From contig OY970067.1 in the NCBI GenBank assembly GCA_963705305.1, positions 4,480,001-4,544,000 of the forward strand: a stretch of DNA of 64,000 nt, in the 5' to 3' direction. Under the pieces are notes generated by a model, which was given only the letters and a program-made list of their open reading frames with translations, was not told the origin of the DNA and made no database searches. The stretch is from an uncultured Methylomirabilota bacterium. GTDB lineage: Bacteria > Methylomirabilota > Methylomirabilia > Methylomirabilales > 2-02-FULL-66-22. Shown one piece after another: positions 34,650-43,914 of this stretch; the first letter of the stretch is position 1, and every line of letters begins with the position of its first letter. The position numbers and the translations under genes were made by a program.

Positions 34650-35153
34650 ATGCTGAGACGGCACGCCGGGCCGACCGTCGTCTGTTATGCCATCTGGTGC
34701 GTGCTGAATTGGCCGCCGGGCTGGCAGTCCCTGATCCTGGGACTTCCGGTCACGGCCCTGGTCGCCTGGCTGACCTGCGGCCTTCCGGCTGCGGCCTCCG
34801 GCCCGGCCCTGCTTCGGCCGGCGCGCCTGTGGTACTTCTGCGCCTGGTATCTTCCCGTCTACTGGTGGGAGTGTCTCAAGGCCAATCTGGATGTGGCCTA
34901 CCGCGTGCTTCACCCAGCCCTGCCCATCTGTCCGGCGGTGGTTCGCGTCCAGACCGGACTGCACTCCGACGTGGCCCTGACGATGCTGGCCAATACCATC
35001 TCGCTGACCCCCGGGACAACGTCCGTGGACGTCGACCAGGCGAGGGGAATTCTCTACGTGCACTGCATGGCCGTCTCGCCCGCCCAGATCGATCGGGACG
35101 CCGCGATCATCGTCGGCCGCTTTGCCCGGATCCTGCGCAGGGTCTTCGAGTAG
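34650..35153 (+). CDS. MrpE/MnhE-like subunit
   Basis: ANLDVAYRVL, LANTISLTPGT, LYVH. Confidence 0.9.
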   Translation: MLRRHAGPTVVCYAIWCVLNWPPGWQSLILGLPVTALVAWLTCGLPAAASGPALLRPARLWYFCAWYLPVYWWECLKANLDVAYRVLHPALPICPAVVRVQTGLHSDVALTMLANTISLTPGTTSVDVDQARGILYVHCMAVSPAQIDRDAAIIVGRFARILRRVFE

Positions 35154-35165
35154 GAGGGAGACGCG

Positions 35166-35534
35166 GTGGAACGCTGGAGATGGCTGATCGGGGCTGCGGC
35201 CCTGGCGTGGGCCTTGATCGTGATCCTGTGGTGGCCGCTCCCCTTCCTGTTCTACCCGAGGCTCCCATTCGTGGCCCTCTTCGGCCGCGCCCTCTACATC
35301 CTGGTCCTGGCCTCCCTGCTGTGTCTCTACCGGGTGGCCCGCGGACCCACCAGCGCGGACCGGATCGTGGCGGTCGACCTGTTGGGCGTGATGATCATCG
35401 GGTTGTGCGCGGTGCTGACCATCACCACCCGCCGCAGCTGGTACCTGGACATCGGCCTGGCCTGGGCGCTGCAGAGCTTCATCACCGTGCTGGCGCTCAG
35501 CAAGTTTCTGGAGGGCAGGAATCGTGATGCGTGA
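35166..35534 (+). CDS. MrpF/MnhF-like subunit
   Basis: RVARGPTSADRIVAVD; GTG start after AGGAGG. Confidence 0.88.
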   Translation: MERWRWLIGAAALAWALIVILWWPLPFLFYPRLPFVALFGRALYILVLASLLCLYRVARGPTSADRIVAVDLLGVMIIGLCAVLTITTRRSWYLDIGLAWALQSFITVLALSKFLEGRNRDA

Positions 35535-35871
35535 ATGGGCGGGACTCCTGTTCGTCGGCCTGGGACTGGCCTTCGACCTCTTCGGCTGCATTGGGCTGAT
35601 CCGCCTGCCGGACGTGTACCTCCGACTCCAGGCCGCCACCAAGTGCATCACGTTGGGGACCTGCAGCATCCTGTTCGGGACGTTCCTGATCATGGGCTTC
35701 ACGGCCGGGGGGATCAAGGCCCTCCTGTGCATCTGTGTCATTGCCCTGACCAACCCGGTGGCCGCTCACGTCATCGCCCGCAGCGCCCATCGGGCCGGCA
35801 TCGCATTCTGGAAGGGAACGCTGGCGGACCAGTACGCAGAGGATCGAGGGAAGCGGCGTGAAGTGGCCTAA
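35527..35871 (+). CDS. MrpG/MnhG-like subunit
   Basis: GLIRLPDVYLRLQAATK, TNPVAAHVIARSA. Confidence 0.9.
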   Translation: MREWAGLLFVGLGLAFDLFGCIGLIRLPDVYLRLQAATKCITLGTCSILFGTFLIMGFTAGGIKALLCICVIALTNPVAAHVIARSAHRAGIAFWKGTLADQYAEDRGKRREVA

Positions 35872-36469
35872 GCTTCGAGAGCTTCGAGAGGCAGTCAGGG
35901 CGCTGGCGACGGGACCCTATACCTCTTCCTTCCCAGCCGTACCGCACCACCCGCACCCGAACTTCCGGGGCCGGTACACCTTCAACGAAGAGGCGTGCGT
36001 GGGCTGCCTGGCCTGTCAGGAGGTCTGCCCGGTGGGCGCCATCGCGCACGAGGACCGGGTGGAGGGAAAAGGAGCCGCGCGGACCCTGATCCATTACTCC
36101 GACACCTGCATCCTCTGTGGCGAGTGCGAAGCCCACTGCATCGCCGATCACGCGGGCATCCGGACGTCCAGCGAATGGGAGCTCTCCTTCTTCGATCGGA
36201 AGACCCAGTCGTTCGAGACGATCCGAAAGGAGCTCCAGCTCTGCGAGATCTGCGGCGCCGTGATCGCCGCCAAGGACCATCTGCGGTGGCTGGCGGAGCG
36301 ACTGGGCGAGCTCGCCTATTCCAGCCCGACGCTGTACCAGTCCCACCTCCAGCATCTCGGCCTGATCGACGGCAACCTGGTCGCCGCGTGCCGGGACGCG
36401 GCGCGCTCGGATCGGATGAAGATCCTGTGCGCGCCCTGCCGGCGGGCGACCACGCTCGTCGCGGACTGA
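35858..36469 (+). CDS. NuoI/HycF-like 2x[4Fe-4S] subunit
   Basis: FRGR, CVGCLACQEVCP, CILCGECEAHC, extra CEIC...CAPC. Confidence 0.88.
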   Translation: MKWPKLRELREAVRALATGPYTSSFPAVPHHPHPNFRGRYTFNEEACVGCLACQEVCPVGAIAHEDRVEGKGAARTLIHYSDTCILCGECEAHCIADHAGIRTSSEWELSFFDRKTQSFETIRKELQLCEICGAVIAAKDHLRWLAERLGELAYSSPTLYQSHLQHLGLIDGNLVAACRDAARSDRMKILCAPCRRATTLVAD

Positions 36470-36930
36470 TGCAACCCTCCTGGATCCGCCTCCTGCGCGG
36501 CAGGGTCGTCCTGGCGGGCATCGGCAACCCGCTGCGGGGGGACGATGCCGCCGGGCCCCGCCTCATCGAGCGGCTGCAGGGCCGCGTGCGGGCCGCCTGC
36601 GTGGACGCCGGCCCCGCCCCGGAAAACTATGCCGGCCGGATCACGCGGGAGGATCCGGATACAATTGTTCTCGTCGATGCGGTTCATTTGAACCAGGCAC
36701 CGGGTGCGTACGCCCTGCTGGAGCCGCTCGACATCCTGAAGGGCGGGCTCAGCACGCACGACCTCTCCCCTCGGCTGCTCATCGATTACCTCCGCAGACA
36801 CAGCCGGGCCCGCATCTACCTGCTGGGGATCCAGCCGCAAAACCTATCGCTGGGCGCCGATCTGTCCGAGCCGGTCCAGAGGGCCGTGGACGAGCTGGCG
36901 ACTTGCCTGGGCGCAGCGCTCTGCCCCTGA
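36469..36930 (+). CDS. Hydrogenase maturation endopeptidase (HycI-like)
   Basis: GIGNPLRGDDAAG, PEN, VDA, STH, GIQP. Confidence 0.9.
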   Translation: MQPSWIRLLRGRVVLAGIGNPLRGDDAAGPRLIERLQGRVRAACVDAGPAPENYAGRITREDPDTIVLVDAVHLNQAPGAYALLEPLDILKGGLSTHDLSPRLLIDYLRRHSRARIYLLGIQPQNLSLGADLSEPVQRAVDELATCLGAALCP

Positions 36931-37159
36931 AAGGCTGGCCCTCCGAGCCGTCCTTTCGCCCGCTGCTCTTTGGAAGCAATCCTCCCGGGTGCCCCAAACC
37001 GCTTGCGAGCTGCCACTGCCCCTTCCCACTCCGATCCTGGCGGCGCCGTGCCGGCATCACCGAATGCGGCACTCTTGTGAAATATGGAGCAAATGTGAGA
37101 CATAAAACCCCACATCATCGGCCACGAACATCCAACGAAACGCTCTAAATATTATTTTC

Positions 37160-37172
37160 TAACCTATTGATT
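37160..37172 (-). promoter_or_regulatory. IHF binding site
   Basis: AATCAATAGGTTA on the minus strand fits WATCAANNNNTTR, inside an AT-rich patch. Confidence 0.6.
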
Positions 37173-37223
37173 ATTAAGCAAATATACCATATTAGCATCG
37201 ATCTTCAGCGCCCGAGGCCGAGT

Positions 37224-37239
37224 TGGTTCCAAACTTGCC
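37224..37239 (+). promoter_or_regulatory. sigma54 (-24/-12) promoter
   Basis: TGGTTCCAAACTTGCC: GG-N10-GC with TTGC, ~50 nt downstream of the IHF site. Confidence 0.6.
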
Positions 37240-37479
37240 ATGTCTTGTCTGGGAGATGCGGTAGCCGAAAACGGTATAGCCGCCCTCGCCGAGCCCCTGA
37301 AGCGCCTTCCTCATGATCGGCGGGAAGGCTCGGGGCTGGGGGGCCAGGGGAATCTCGCGGCCCCCAGCTGAGTCGCCCTGCCCGATTCCCAGGGTACCAC
37401 TGGCTCGATCACAGCTGGGCGATGGCCCAGGGCCGACGTCCGGCCGCGGGGATACGCCTGTGCGGAGGAGGAAGACGGG

Positions 37480-39510
37480 ATGCCCCACACGCTGACCACC
37501 TGCACCTTCTGTGGTGTGGGCTGTGGGATTTACCTCGAGACGGCCGGGAACAAGATCACGGGGGCGTATCCGAGCATGTCCCATCCGACCAACCAGGGGC
37601 GCATCTGCGTCCGCGGCTGGCACGTGAACGAGGTGGCCAGCGCTCCCGACCGGCCCCTGCGCCCCCTGCTCCGCCGCAACGGGGATTTCCAGGAGGTCGG
37701 CTGGGATGAGGCCTTGGGCTTCCTGGCCGACCGTTTGCGGAAGATTCGCGACCGCCACGGCCCCAACGCCATCGGCTTTCTGAACTCGCCGCGCAGCGGC
37801 AACGAGGAGAGTTACCTGCTCCAGAAGCTTGCCCGTGCGCTGATCGGAACGAACAACCTGGACCACGGGATGGGGGTCTACCGGCACAACAGCATCGAGG
37901 TCCTGCTGGCGATGCTGGGGGTACCGGCCACGACCAACTCGATCGGCGAGCTGGCCAAGAGCGAGGTGATCATCGTCAACGGGGTGGACCTGGGCCTGCA
38001 GCTTCCCACCGTCGGGGGAATCGTGATGCGGGCCAAGCTCAGGGGGGCGCGCCTCATCGTGATCGACCCCCGGCGGCATCGCATCGCGGAGCACGCCGAC
38101 TACTTCCTGCAGGTGCGGCCCGGCGGCGACACCCTGCTGTACGGGGCCATGGCCAAGGTGATCGTGGACCGGGGGCTCATGAACGCCAAGTTCATCAAGG
38201 CCCACTGCCGCCAGTACGAGCCGTTCCTGGAGCGCGTGCACGCCTACGACCTCCAGTGGGTCGCCGACACCTGCGGCGTCGCCCCGGGGTTGATCGAGGA
38301 GGCGGCCCTCACCTACGCCCGGGCCCACTCGGCCGCCATCCTGTTCTCCACCGGGGTCGAGGCCCGGGGGGACGAGGGGATCCAGGCGCTGGTCAACCTG
38401 GCCCTCCTGACGGGCAATATCGGGAAGGAGGGCTCCGGCATCTTCGCCCTGGCGGAGCACAACAATCTCCAGGGCGTGTGCGACATGGGCATGCTGCCCA
38501 ACCGGCTGCCCGGCTACAAACCCGTGACCGACCCCGAGGCGCGCCGGGAGTTCGAGCTGCTGTGGGGGGCAACGCTGCCGGCCGAGCCCGGAAAGGACGC
38601 CGACCGCCTGCTGGGCGACTGGGGCAACGGCGACGGGAAGGCTCTCTGGGTGTGCCGGCACGACCCCGTCATGGCCGCCTCGCTGGATGCCGCGACCGCC
38701 CTCCGGCAATTTGAGCTGGTGGTGGTGCAGCATCCCTTCCTGACGGAGACCGCCAAGTACGCCCACGTCTTCCTGCCGGCGGCCGCCTTCGGGGAGGAGC
38801 AGGTCACCTTCACCAATACCGAGCGGCGCATCCAGCTGGCCGAGAAGGCGGTCGACCCTCCCGCCGGCCTGACCCCCGCCTGGTGGCAGATCGCGCGCCT
38901 GGCCAACGCCCTGGGGGCATCCTGGAACTACCTGTCGGCCGCGGAGGTCATGGCGGAGATCGCCCGCGTCGTCCCGGCCTACCAGGGCGCCACATACGAC
39001 AATCTGGCCCGGGATTACGGCCGGCAGTGGCCGTGCACCAAGGAGAAGCTGCTGGGGACCCGGTTCCTGTTCGAGGAGGGGATCCAGGACCGCCCCTTCG
39101 CCTTCGCCCCGCTGAACCGGCCCGGTCCGGCGCCCTGTGTCTCCGAGGCATTTCCCTTCGCCCTGTCCTTCGGCAACTCGCTGTACTACTGGCACCACAA
39201 CGTCCTGGTGCAGCACAGCGAGACGCTCAAGCGGGAGTACCAGATCCTGCTGCTCGATTACCCCGAAGGCTTCGTGGACATCAACACGGAGGACGCCCGG
39301 CGCCTGAGCATCCGCGACGGGGCCAAGGTGCGCCTGATATCCGTGACCGGCTCCGCCACCACCACGGCCCGCGTCACCCCCGAGGTGAAGCCGGGCATGA
39401 TCTTCGTCCCGTACTTCCTGCGCGAGGTGCGCCAGCAAATCCTCGGCGAGGCGGGCCGCAGACGCGGCAGCAGCCGGCTGCCGGCCTGCGTGCGCCTGGA
39501 GAGGATGTGA
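37480..39510 (+). CDS. FdhF-like molybdopterin-oxidoreductase paralogue lacking the catalytic Cys/Sec and Arg
   Basis: CTFCGVGC...C cluster, SGNEESYLLQK, FTNTERRIQ; NNLDHGMGVYRH replaces NNxDxCARx(C/U)H and AEHNNLQG replaces RGxNNVQG. Confidence 0.88.
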   Translation: MPHTLTTCTFCGVGCGIYLETAGNKITGAYPSMSHPTNQGRICVRGWHVNEVASAPDRPLRPLLRRNGDFQEVGWDEALGFLADRLRKIRDRHGPNAIGFLNSPRSGNEESYLLQKLARALIGTNNLDHGMGVYRHNSIEVLLAMLGVPATTNSIGELAKSEVIIVNGVDLGLQLPTVGGIVMRAKLRGARLIVIDPRRHRIAEHADYFLQVRPGGDTLLYGAMAKVIVDRGLMNAKFIKAHCRQYEPFLERVHAYDLQWVADTCGVAPGLIEEAALTYARAHSAAILFSTGVEARGDEGIQALVNLALLTGNIGKEGSGIFALAEHNNLQGVCDMGMLPNRLPGYKPVTDPEARREFELLWGATLPAEPGKDADRLLGDWGNGDGKALWVCRHDPVMAASLDAATALRQFELVVVQHPFLTETAKYAHVFLPAAAFGEEQVTFTNTERRIQLAEKAVDPPAGLTPAWWQIARLANALGASWNYLSAAEVMAEIARVVPAYQGATYDNLARDYGRQWPCTKEKLLGTRFLFEEGIQDRPFAFAPLNRPGPAPCVSEAFPFALSFGNSLYYWHHNVLVQHSETLKREYQILLLDYPEGFVDINTEDARRLSIRDGAKVRLISVTGSATTTARVTPEVKPGMIFVPYFLREVRQQILGEAGRRRGSSRLPACVRLERM

Positions 39511-39512
39511 GC

Positions 39513-40580
39513 ATGCGGGCACGTGTCATCGGCAAGGCCGACATCCCGGGGCTGCTGGATCTGCTCCGCGAGGAGTACGAGGTCATCGCCCCCTTCTACG
39601 GCCGCGGACGGGACACCTACTTCGACACGGTCACGGATGCGAACCGCGACCGGGTCCAGATCCACGTTCCCAATCCCTACTACCCGCCCAAGCGGTACGT
39701 CTTCCCCCACCTGGAGCAACTGCTCACGGTGGAGATGGACGGCCGGCTGCGCATCGAGCCGACCCAGGACGCCCCCAAGCGGGCGCTCTTCGGCATCCGC
39801 TCCTGCGACACCGCCGGCATCTACCACCTCGACCGGTTCTACCTCGGCCGGGACTACCGGGACGTCTACTACGAGCGCTTGCGGCGCAACCTCTTCCTGG
39901 TCAACGTCGTCTGCACCGACCCGGATCTGGACATCGATGACGACTGCTTCTGCGTCTGCGCCGACACCGGGCCGGCGGCCCGCGACCACTTCGACCTCCA
40001 GCTCATGGACCTGGGCGACGAGCTTCTGGCGGTCGCCGGATCGCCGCAGGGGGAGGCCCTCTTCGCGCACGCCATCTTCCGGCAGGGCACGCCGGCCCAC
40101 GTGGCCAGGCGGCGCGAGATCCTGACCAACGTCCGGAAGCGGTTCAAGCTGGCGACCAGCTGGTACGCGGGCACCGTCCGCTACATCACCACGGACCGCG
40201 TGGCCGACACCACCTGGCAAGGGATCGGCAACCGCTGCCTCGAGTGCGGCGGGTGCAGCTACATGTGCCCGACCTGCACCTGCTTCACCGTCACGGAGCG
40301 CCGCACCGGCCCCTCCACGGTGGAGCGGGTGCGCCTGTGGGATTCGTGCGCCCTGGGTGGATTTACCCGCATGGCCGGCGGGTTCAATCCGCGGCGCGCC
40401 GCCCACGACCGCCGCAACCGTCGCTTCTTCCGAAAGCTGGCCCACTATTTCATCCAGCGGGAGCTGTCGGTGGCCTGTGTGGGGTGCGGGCGCTGTGTGG
40501 AGGTCTGCCACGGGGACATCGGGATGCCCAACGTCGTCGAGACGATTCGGCGGGCCAGCGCGGAGAGCGAGACATCATGA
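39513..40580 (+). CDS. AsrA/HydB-like 4Fe-4S protein
   Basis: GIRSCD, CFC, CLECGGCSYMCPTCTC, CVGCGRCVEVC. Confidence 0.88.
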   Translation: MRARVIGKADIPGLLDLLREEYEVIAPFYGRGRDTYFDTVTDANRDRVQIHVPNPYYPPKRYVFPHLEQLLTVEMDGRLRIEPTQDAPKRALFGIRSCDTAGIYHLDRFYLGRDYRDVYYERLRRNLFLVNVVCTDPDLDIDDDCFCVCADTGPAARDHFDLQLMDLGDELLAVAGSPQGEALFAHAIFRQGTPAHVARRREILTNVRKRFKLATSWYAGTVRYITTDRVADTTWQGIGNRCLECGGCSYMCPTCTCFTVTERRTGPSTVERVRLWDSCALGGFTRMAGGFNPRRAAHDRRNRRFFRKLAHYFIQRELSVACVGCGRCVEVCHGDIGMPNVVETIRRASAESETS

Positions 40581-41425
40581 GCGGGCTGCAGACGGAGAAC
40601 GTGTACCTCCCCAAAGTCGCGATCCTGGATCGCGTGGTCGACGACATCGCGGACGTCAAGACCTTCTACTGGCACTTCCAGGACCCCGCCGACCAGGCGG
40701 CGTTCCGGGCCTTCAAGCCGGGGCAGTTCGCGCAGGTCTCGGTGTTCGGCACCGGAGAGTTTCCCGCCTCGCTGCCGCCCAGCCCGACTGAGGCGGAGGT
40801 GTTCTTCACCATCCGGCGCGTGGGGGGCGTCACCTCCGCCTTGCACCAGCTGGCGCCCGGCAGCCAATTCGGCGTCCGGGGACCCTACGGGAACGGGTTC
40901 CCCATGCAGGACTACGCCGGGCGGAACCTGGTGTTCGTGGCCGGGGGCATCGGCCTCATCCCCCTGCGATCCTGCATCATCTACGCGCTCCACAACCGGG
41001 AGAAATTCGGGAAGATCCAGCTCTTCTACGGCGCACGCGGCCCGCGCGAGCTGATGTACCTGGACCAGCTGCGCACCTGGGAGCAGACCGAGGGCTTCGA
41101 GTGCTACCTGACCGTGGACCGCGCAGACGAATCCTGGCGCGGGCACGTGGGGGTGGTGGGCAGCCTGTTCAAAGTGGCCGGCGTCCAGGTCCCGGTGGAG
41201 AACACCACCGCCTTCGTCTGCGGGCCCCCAATCATGTTCCGATTCGTCATCCGGGACTTGAAGGACATGGGATTCGAGGACCGGCACATCATGTCCACCC
41301 TGGAGCGCTACATGAAGTGCGGCGTGGGAAAGTGCGGCCACTGCTGCATCGGGCTGGCCTACGTGTGTGTGGACGGTCCGGTCTTCACGTTCGAGCAGAT
41401 CAAGAAGCTGGGCGAGGTCATCTGA
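40577..41425 (+). CDS. AsrB/HydG-like FAD/NAD(P)-binding protein
   Basis: PGQF, RGPYGNGFP, GGIGLIPLR, CGPPIM, MKCGVGKCGHC. Confidence 0.9.
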   Translation: MSGLQTENVYLPKVAILDRVVDDIADVKTFYWHFQDPADQAAFRAFKPGQFAQVSVFGTGEFPASLPPSPTEAEVFFTIRRVGGVTSALHQLAPGSQFGVRGPYGNGFPMQDYAGRNLVFVAGGIGLIPLRSCIIYALHNREKFGKIQLFYGARGPRELMYLDQLRTWEQTEGFECYLTVDRADESWRGHVGVVGSLFKVAGVQVPVENTTAFVCGPPIMFRFVIRDLKDMGFEDRHIMSTLERYMKCGVGKCGHCCIGLAYVCVDGPVFTFEQIKKLGEVI

Positions 41426-41937
41426 TGGGCGATCTTCGGTCCGATCTTCGCGCGTGCCTCGCCGGACGAGTCTGCCTCGTCGGCGTCGGCAATCCGGACC
41501 GGGGCGACGACGCCTTCGGCCCGCGGCTGGCCGAGGCCCTGCAGGCGGCCGGCGTGCCCGACGTGGTCGTAGCGGGCACCACGCCGGAGCATTGGATCGG
41601 CCGCCTCGGCGACGGGCGCTTCGAGACCATTATTTTTCTGGATGCGGTCGAGGTGGGGGCGGAGCCGGGCGCAGCAGTCCTCCTCGACGCCGGAGCGCTG
41701 GCCGCCCGGTTCCCCCAGATCTCCACCCACAAGATCTCCCTGGGGGCCCTGGCCCGGGTGCTGGAGAGCACGGGGCGCATCCGCGTCTGGCTGCTCGGCG
41801 TTCAGCCGAAGTCGCTGGCCATGGGACCCGATCTCAGCCCGCCCCTCCGGGCCACCCTGGACATCCTGAGGGATCTGCTCTACGACGCGCTGTCCGCCCG
41901 GATGGCGGGCGCGAACTCGGTGTGGGGGCAAGTATGA
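41425..41937 (+). CDS. Hydrogenase maturation endopeptidase (HycI-like)
   Basis: GVGNPDRGDDAFG, TPE, LDA, STH, GVQP. Confidence 0.88.
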   Translation: MGDLRSDLRACLAGRVCLVGVGNPDRGDDAFGPRLAEALQAAGVPDVVVAGTTPEHWIGRLGDGRFETIIFLDAVEVGAEPGAAVLLDAGALAARFPQISTHKISLGALARVLESTGRIRVWLLGVQPKSLAMGPDLSPPLRATLDILRDLLYDALSARMAGANSVWGQV

Positions 41938-43913
41938 CTGCGGCCAACGCCATCCTGATAGCCTTTCTCGCCTGCGCCGGCGGAGCCCTGCTGACCCTCG
42001 CCGCCTCCCGCAGCAAGCCCGTGGCTGGCTGGCTGGCGCTCATCGCAACCGCCCTGTCCAGCGGCCTGGCCATGTACGCGGCGGGGCGCGTCCTGTTTCA
42101 CGGACCCGACCCCGCGGTCGTCCTCTGGAGCCTGCCCCAGTTCGGCTCGACCCTGCGCATCACGGTGGACGGTCTGAGCGGGGTCTTCCTGGGCCTGATT
42201 GCCCTGATCGCCTTCCTGGCCGCCTTGTACTCCATCCCCTATCTGGAGCACTATCCGGACTACGGTGCGGGCCGCTATTACCCGTATTTCCTGCTCTTCG
42301 TCGGGGGAATGTACGGCATCGTCTCCACCAGCGACCTGATGCTCTTCTTCTGCCTGTTCTGGCAGGTCATGACCCTGGCGTCCTACGCCCTGGTCCGCTA
42401 CGAATACCGCAGGCCGGAGAACGTCCGGGCGGCCAACAAGTATCTGCTGCTGATGGAGATCGCCTGCGCCCTGATCTTGCTGGGGGCCCGTCTGCTGGCC
42501 AGCGGGCCGCTCACGCTGCCCACCGGGGAGGTCCTGGCACGCTACGACTTCGACGCCATCGCGCACGGCCTGCCGGGCCTTCTGCCGGGCGGCGCCGGCC
42601 TGGTGGCGGGGGCCCTCCTCCTGTTCCTGGTGGGCTTCGGGATCAAGGCCGGGATGTGGCCGCTCGGCCAGATCTGGCTGCCGGACGCCCATCCGGCCGC
42701 CCCCTCCCCGGTGAGCGCCCTCCTGTCGGGAGTCATGATCAAGACCGGGATCTACGGCCTCATGCGCTCCTTCCTGTGGCTCATCCCTGCAGAGGCGAGC
42801 GGGGCGCTTCGCCTACAAATCTGGGGGCTGGCCATCGCCCTCCTGGGGACGATCACCCTGTTCGTGGGGACCATGCAGGCCCTCCGGCAGGAGCAGTCCA
42901 AGCGACTGCTGGCCTTCAGCAGCATCGGCCAGGTGGGCTACATCCTGCTGGGGCTGGGGGCCTGCCTGGCGCTGTTCCCCGCGGGATCGGGCGCAAGCCC
43001 CGCTCTGCTCCTCTCCACCCTGGCCCTGTACGCCGCCCTCTTCCATACGCTGAACCACGGCCTGTTCAAGAGCCTGCTGTTCCTGAACGCCGGCTCGGTG
43101 CTGTACGCCACCGGCACGCAGGACCTGAATCGCCTGGGGGGCCTGATCCGGTTCATGCCCCTCACCGCCCTCACCACCCTGGTCGCCTCGCTGGCCATCT
43201 CGGGGGTCCCGCTGCTGAACGGCTTCGCCAGCAAGTGGAGCCTGTACGTCGCCGTCCTCCTGGGAAGCCGCTTCTCCCCCTTCCTGGCGGTCTGTGCGGT
43301 GGTGGCCATGCTGACGAGCGCCGTGACCCTGGCGCTCTTCCTCAAGTTCTTCGGCGCGGCCTTCCTGTCGCGGACCAGCCGACTGGTGGCGGACCGCGCC
43401 CGCCAGCCGCACGGCCTGAAGGTCGGCTGGTGCATGCAGGCCCCCCAGCTCGTCCTGGCAGTCCTCTGCCTGTTCCTCGGCCTGGCGCCGGCGGCGGCCT
43501 TCCAGATCATCCACCGGGCCCTGGCCGGCTCCCCGCAAGGACTGGGCACGGCCCTGGCCCAGGCCTCGCCCTTCGTCGTGGCGGCCCGAACGGGCATCGG
43601 GGCCCTGGACGGCCGGGCGGTCTTCGCCCCGTTGGCGGTGGCCGTCGTCTTCGCCGGCCTGCTGCTCGGCGTCGCCTGGGTCTCCCGCCTGGGAGGCACG
43701 GTGCGACGGTCGGCCGAGCCCTGGCTGTGCGGCTATGTCGCCGAATCGGAGCAGACCCGTTACGGCGCGCGGAATCTCTACCGGGAGGTCACCCGGTACT
43801 TTGGCTGGCTGGGAGGGACGCGCCCTCTCCCGGCCGCTCGACCCGTGACGGATCCGCCGACGGATGCACATTCCCCGGGGGGCCAAGCGTCCACCCCGGG
43901 CGCAAGGACATAA
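41934..43913 (+). CDS. HycC/HyfB-like antiporter membrane subunit
   Basis: WLPDAHPAAPSPVSALLSGVMIKTG, KRLLAFSS, GVPLLNGFASKW, C-terminal W-CGY. Confidence 0.9.
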   Translation: MTAANAILIAFLACAGGALLTLAASRSKPVAGWLALIATALSSGLAMYAAGRVLFHGPDPAVVLWSLPQFGSTLRITVDGLSGVFLGLIALIAFLAALYSIPYLEHYPDYGAGRYYPYFLLFVGGMYGIVSTSDLMLFFCLFWQVMTLASYALVRYEYRRPENVRAANKYLLLMEIACALILLGARLLASGPLTLPTGEVLARYDFDAIAHGLPGLLPGGAGLVAGALLLFLVGFGIKAGMWPLGQIWLPDAHPAAPSPVSALLSGVMIKTGIYGLMRSFLWLIPAEASGALRLQIWGLAIALLGTITLFVGTMQALRQEQSKRLLAFSSIGQVGYILLGLGACLALFPAGSGASPALLLSTLALYAALFHTLNHGLFKSLLFLNAGSVLYATGTQDLNRLGGLIRFMPLTALTTLVASLAISGVPLLNGFASKWSLYVAVLLGSRFSPFLAVCAVVAMLTSAVTLALFLKFFGAAFLSRTSRLVADRARQPHGLKVGWCMQAPQLVLAVLCLFLGLAPAAAFQIIHRALAGSPQGLGTALAQASPFVVAARTGIGALDGRAVFAPLAVAVVFAGLLLGVAWVSRLGGTVRRSAEPWLCGYVAESEQTRYGARNLYREVTRYFGWLGGTRPLPAARPVTDPPTDAHSPGGQASTPGART

Positions 43914-43914
43914 G

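Noticed and set aside
27114..36469. Respiratory complex I or Mbx/Mbs interpretation
   Set aside because: The large subunit has both CxxC Ni-binding motifs and a maturation protease is encoded, so it is a hydrogenase
37076..37093. Rex operator TTGTGAAATATGGAGCAA
   Set aside because: Only the left half matches TTGTGAANNNNTTCACAA; too weak to call
37860..37890. Selenocysteine recoding in the FdhF-like gene or hydrogenases
   Set aside because: No in-frame TGA at the ligand positions; the ORFs are uninterrupted
24686..41425. Anaerobic sulfite reductase (asrABC)
   Set aside because: No siroheme AsrC subunit; the AsrAB-like genes lie within hydrogenase operons
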